A stretch of DNA of 35,492 bases, taken from assembly GCF_001194135.2 (NCBI RefSeq), contig NC_068989.1, positions 77,401,413 through 77,436,904 on the forward strand. The letters are read 5' to 3'. The notes beneath the pieces were generated by a model. That model had not been told where the DNA came from. It ran no database searches and was given only the letters and a program-made list of their open reading frames with translations. The translations under genes were made by a program, and so were the position numbers. This DNA comes from Octopus bimaculoides (lineage: Eukaryota). Of the stretch, positions 34,881 to 35,492 are shown in pieces; position 1 is the stretch's first letter, and each line of letters begins with the position of its first letter.

Positions 34881-35492
34881 GGCGAAATATATGGCAAAAA
34901 TTTCGTGTCAGCAATACAGATCAAACGTTTTAATATTGTACTTTGTAATACTTTAAATAACAGTTATTCTTTGCATGAGTATGCATTCAGGTATATATAC
35001 ATATATATGTATGTATGCATGTATATATATACATACATACATAAATTTATACACATGACAGGTAGCTAGACAGAGGCATAAATATACACACATTCACACA
35101 TACCCATACATATTTATATATATGCTTGCTTATATGAACATGTATATCCATGTATATGTCTATATCTCTCTACCTACCTATCCATTTATCTATACATGTA
35201 TGTATATATATATATATATATATATATGCCTGAGTTGATGTTTTGAACTATTTGTACTACTATACTTTGTTCTCTTAATTAATTTTGGGGTCATACTTGT
35301 ACTTATATGTATGTACGCAAATATTTGTATTAGCATTTTCATACGCGTACAAATGTTGATATAATAATCCTCTTATACGTAACAAGGTTGTGAAACAGCT
35401 GTAAAGGATTGGAATAAACATCTGTTCTCTCACCTCACTTCTTTTACCTGTGATATATATGCATATATATATATATATATATTTATATATAT

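Noticed and set aside
315-35069. Long ORFs rich in HT/YI/VC/X in the ORF track
   Set aside because: They are translations of (CA)/(TA)/(TG) microsatellites and N gaps, not genes.
1-35492. CRISPR arrays, operons or prokaryotic defence systems
   Set aside because: No regularly spaced direct repeats with unique spacers, and the window is eukaryotic repeat-rich DNA.

Overview
Eukaryotic, AT-rich, microsatellite-dense draft-assembly window with 14 N gaps, most flanked by (AT)n/(AC)n. The interspersed repeats look like the tRNA-derived SINE families I recognise from Octopus (coleoid cephalopod) genomes; this taxon is inferred from pattern recognition, not from a search. No confident intact protein-coding gene is visible. 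The long ORFs in the track are microsatellite or N artefacts. The window is mostly intronic/intergenic DNA with three SINE-like families (A, B, C; my labels), a Penelope-like non-autonomous repeat (D), a decayed hAT (Buster/Charlie/SPIN-type) transposase, and R4/Dong-type and other LINE fossils. A few possible short exons have good splice sites but no recognised homology. The best second-look item is a structurally complete type I hammerhead ribozyme at 34718-34790, with a canonical core, GUA cleavage triplet and palindromic stem III. A shared A6->U core variant of the same fold occurs in the two copies of repeat D.
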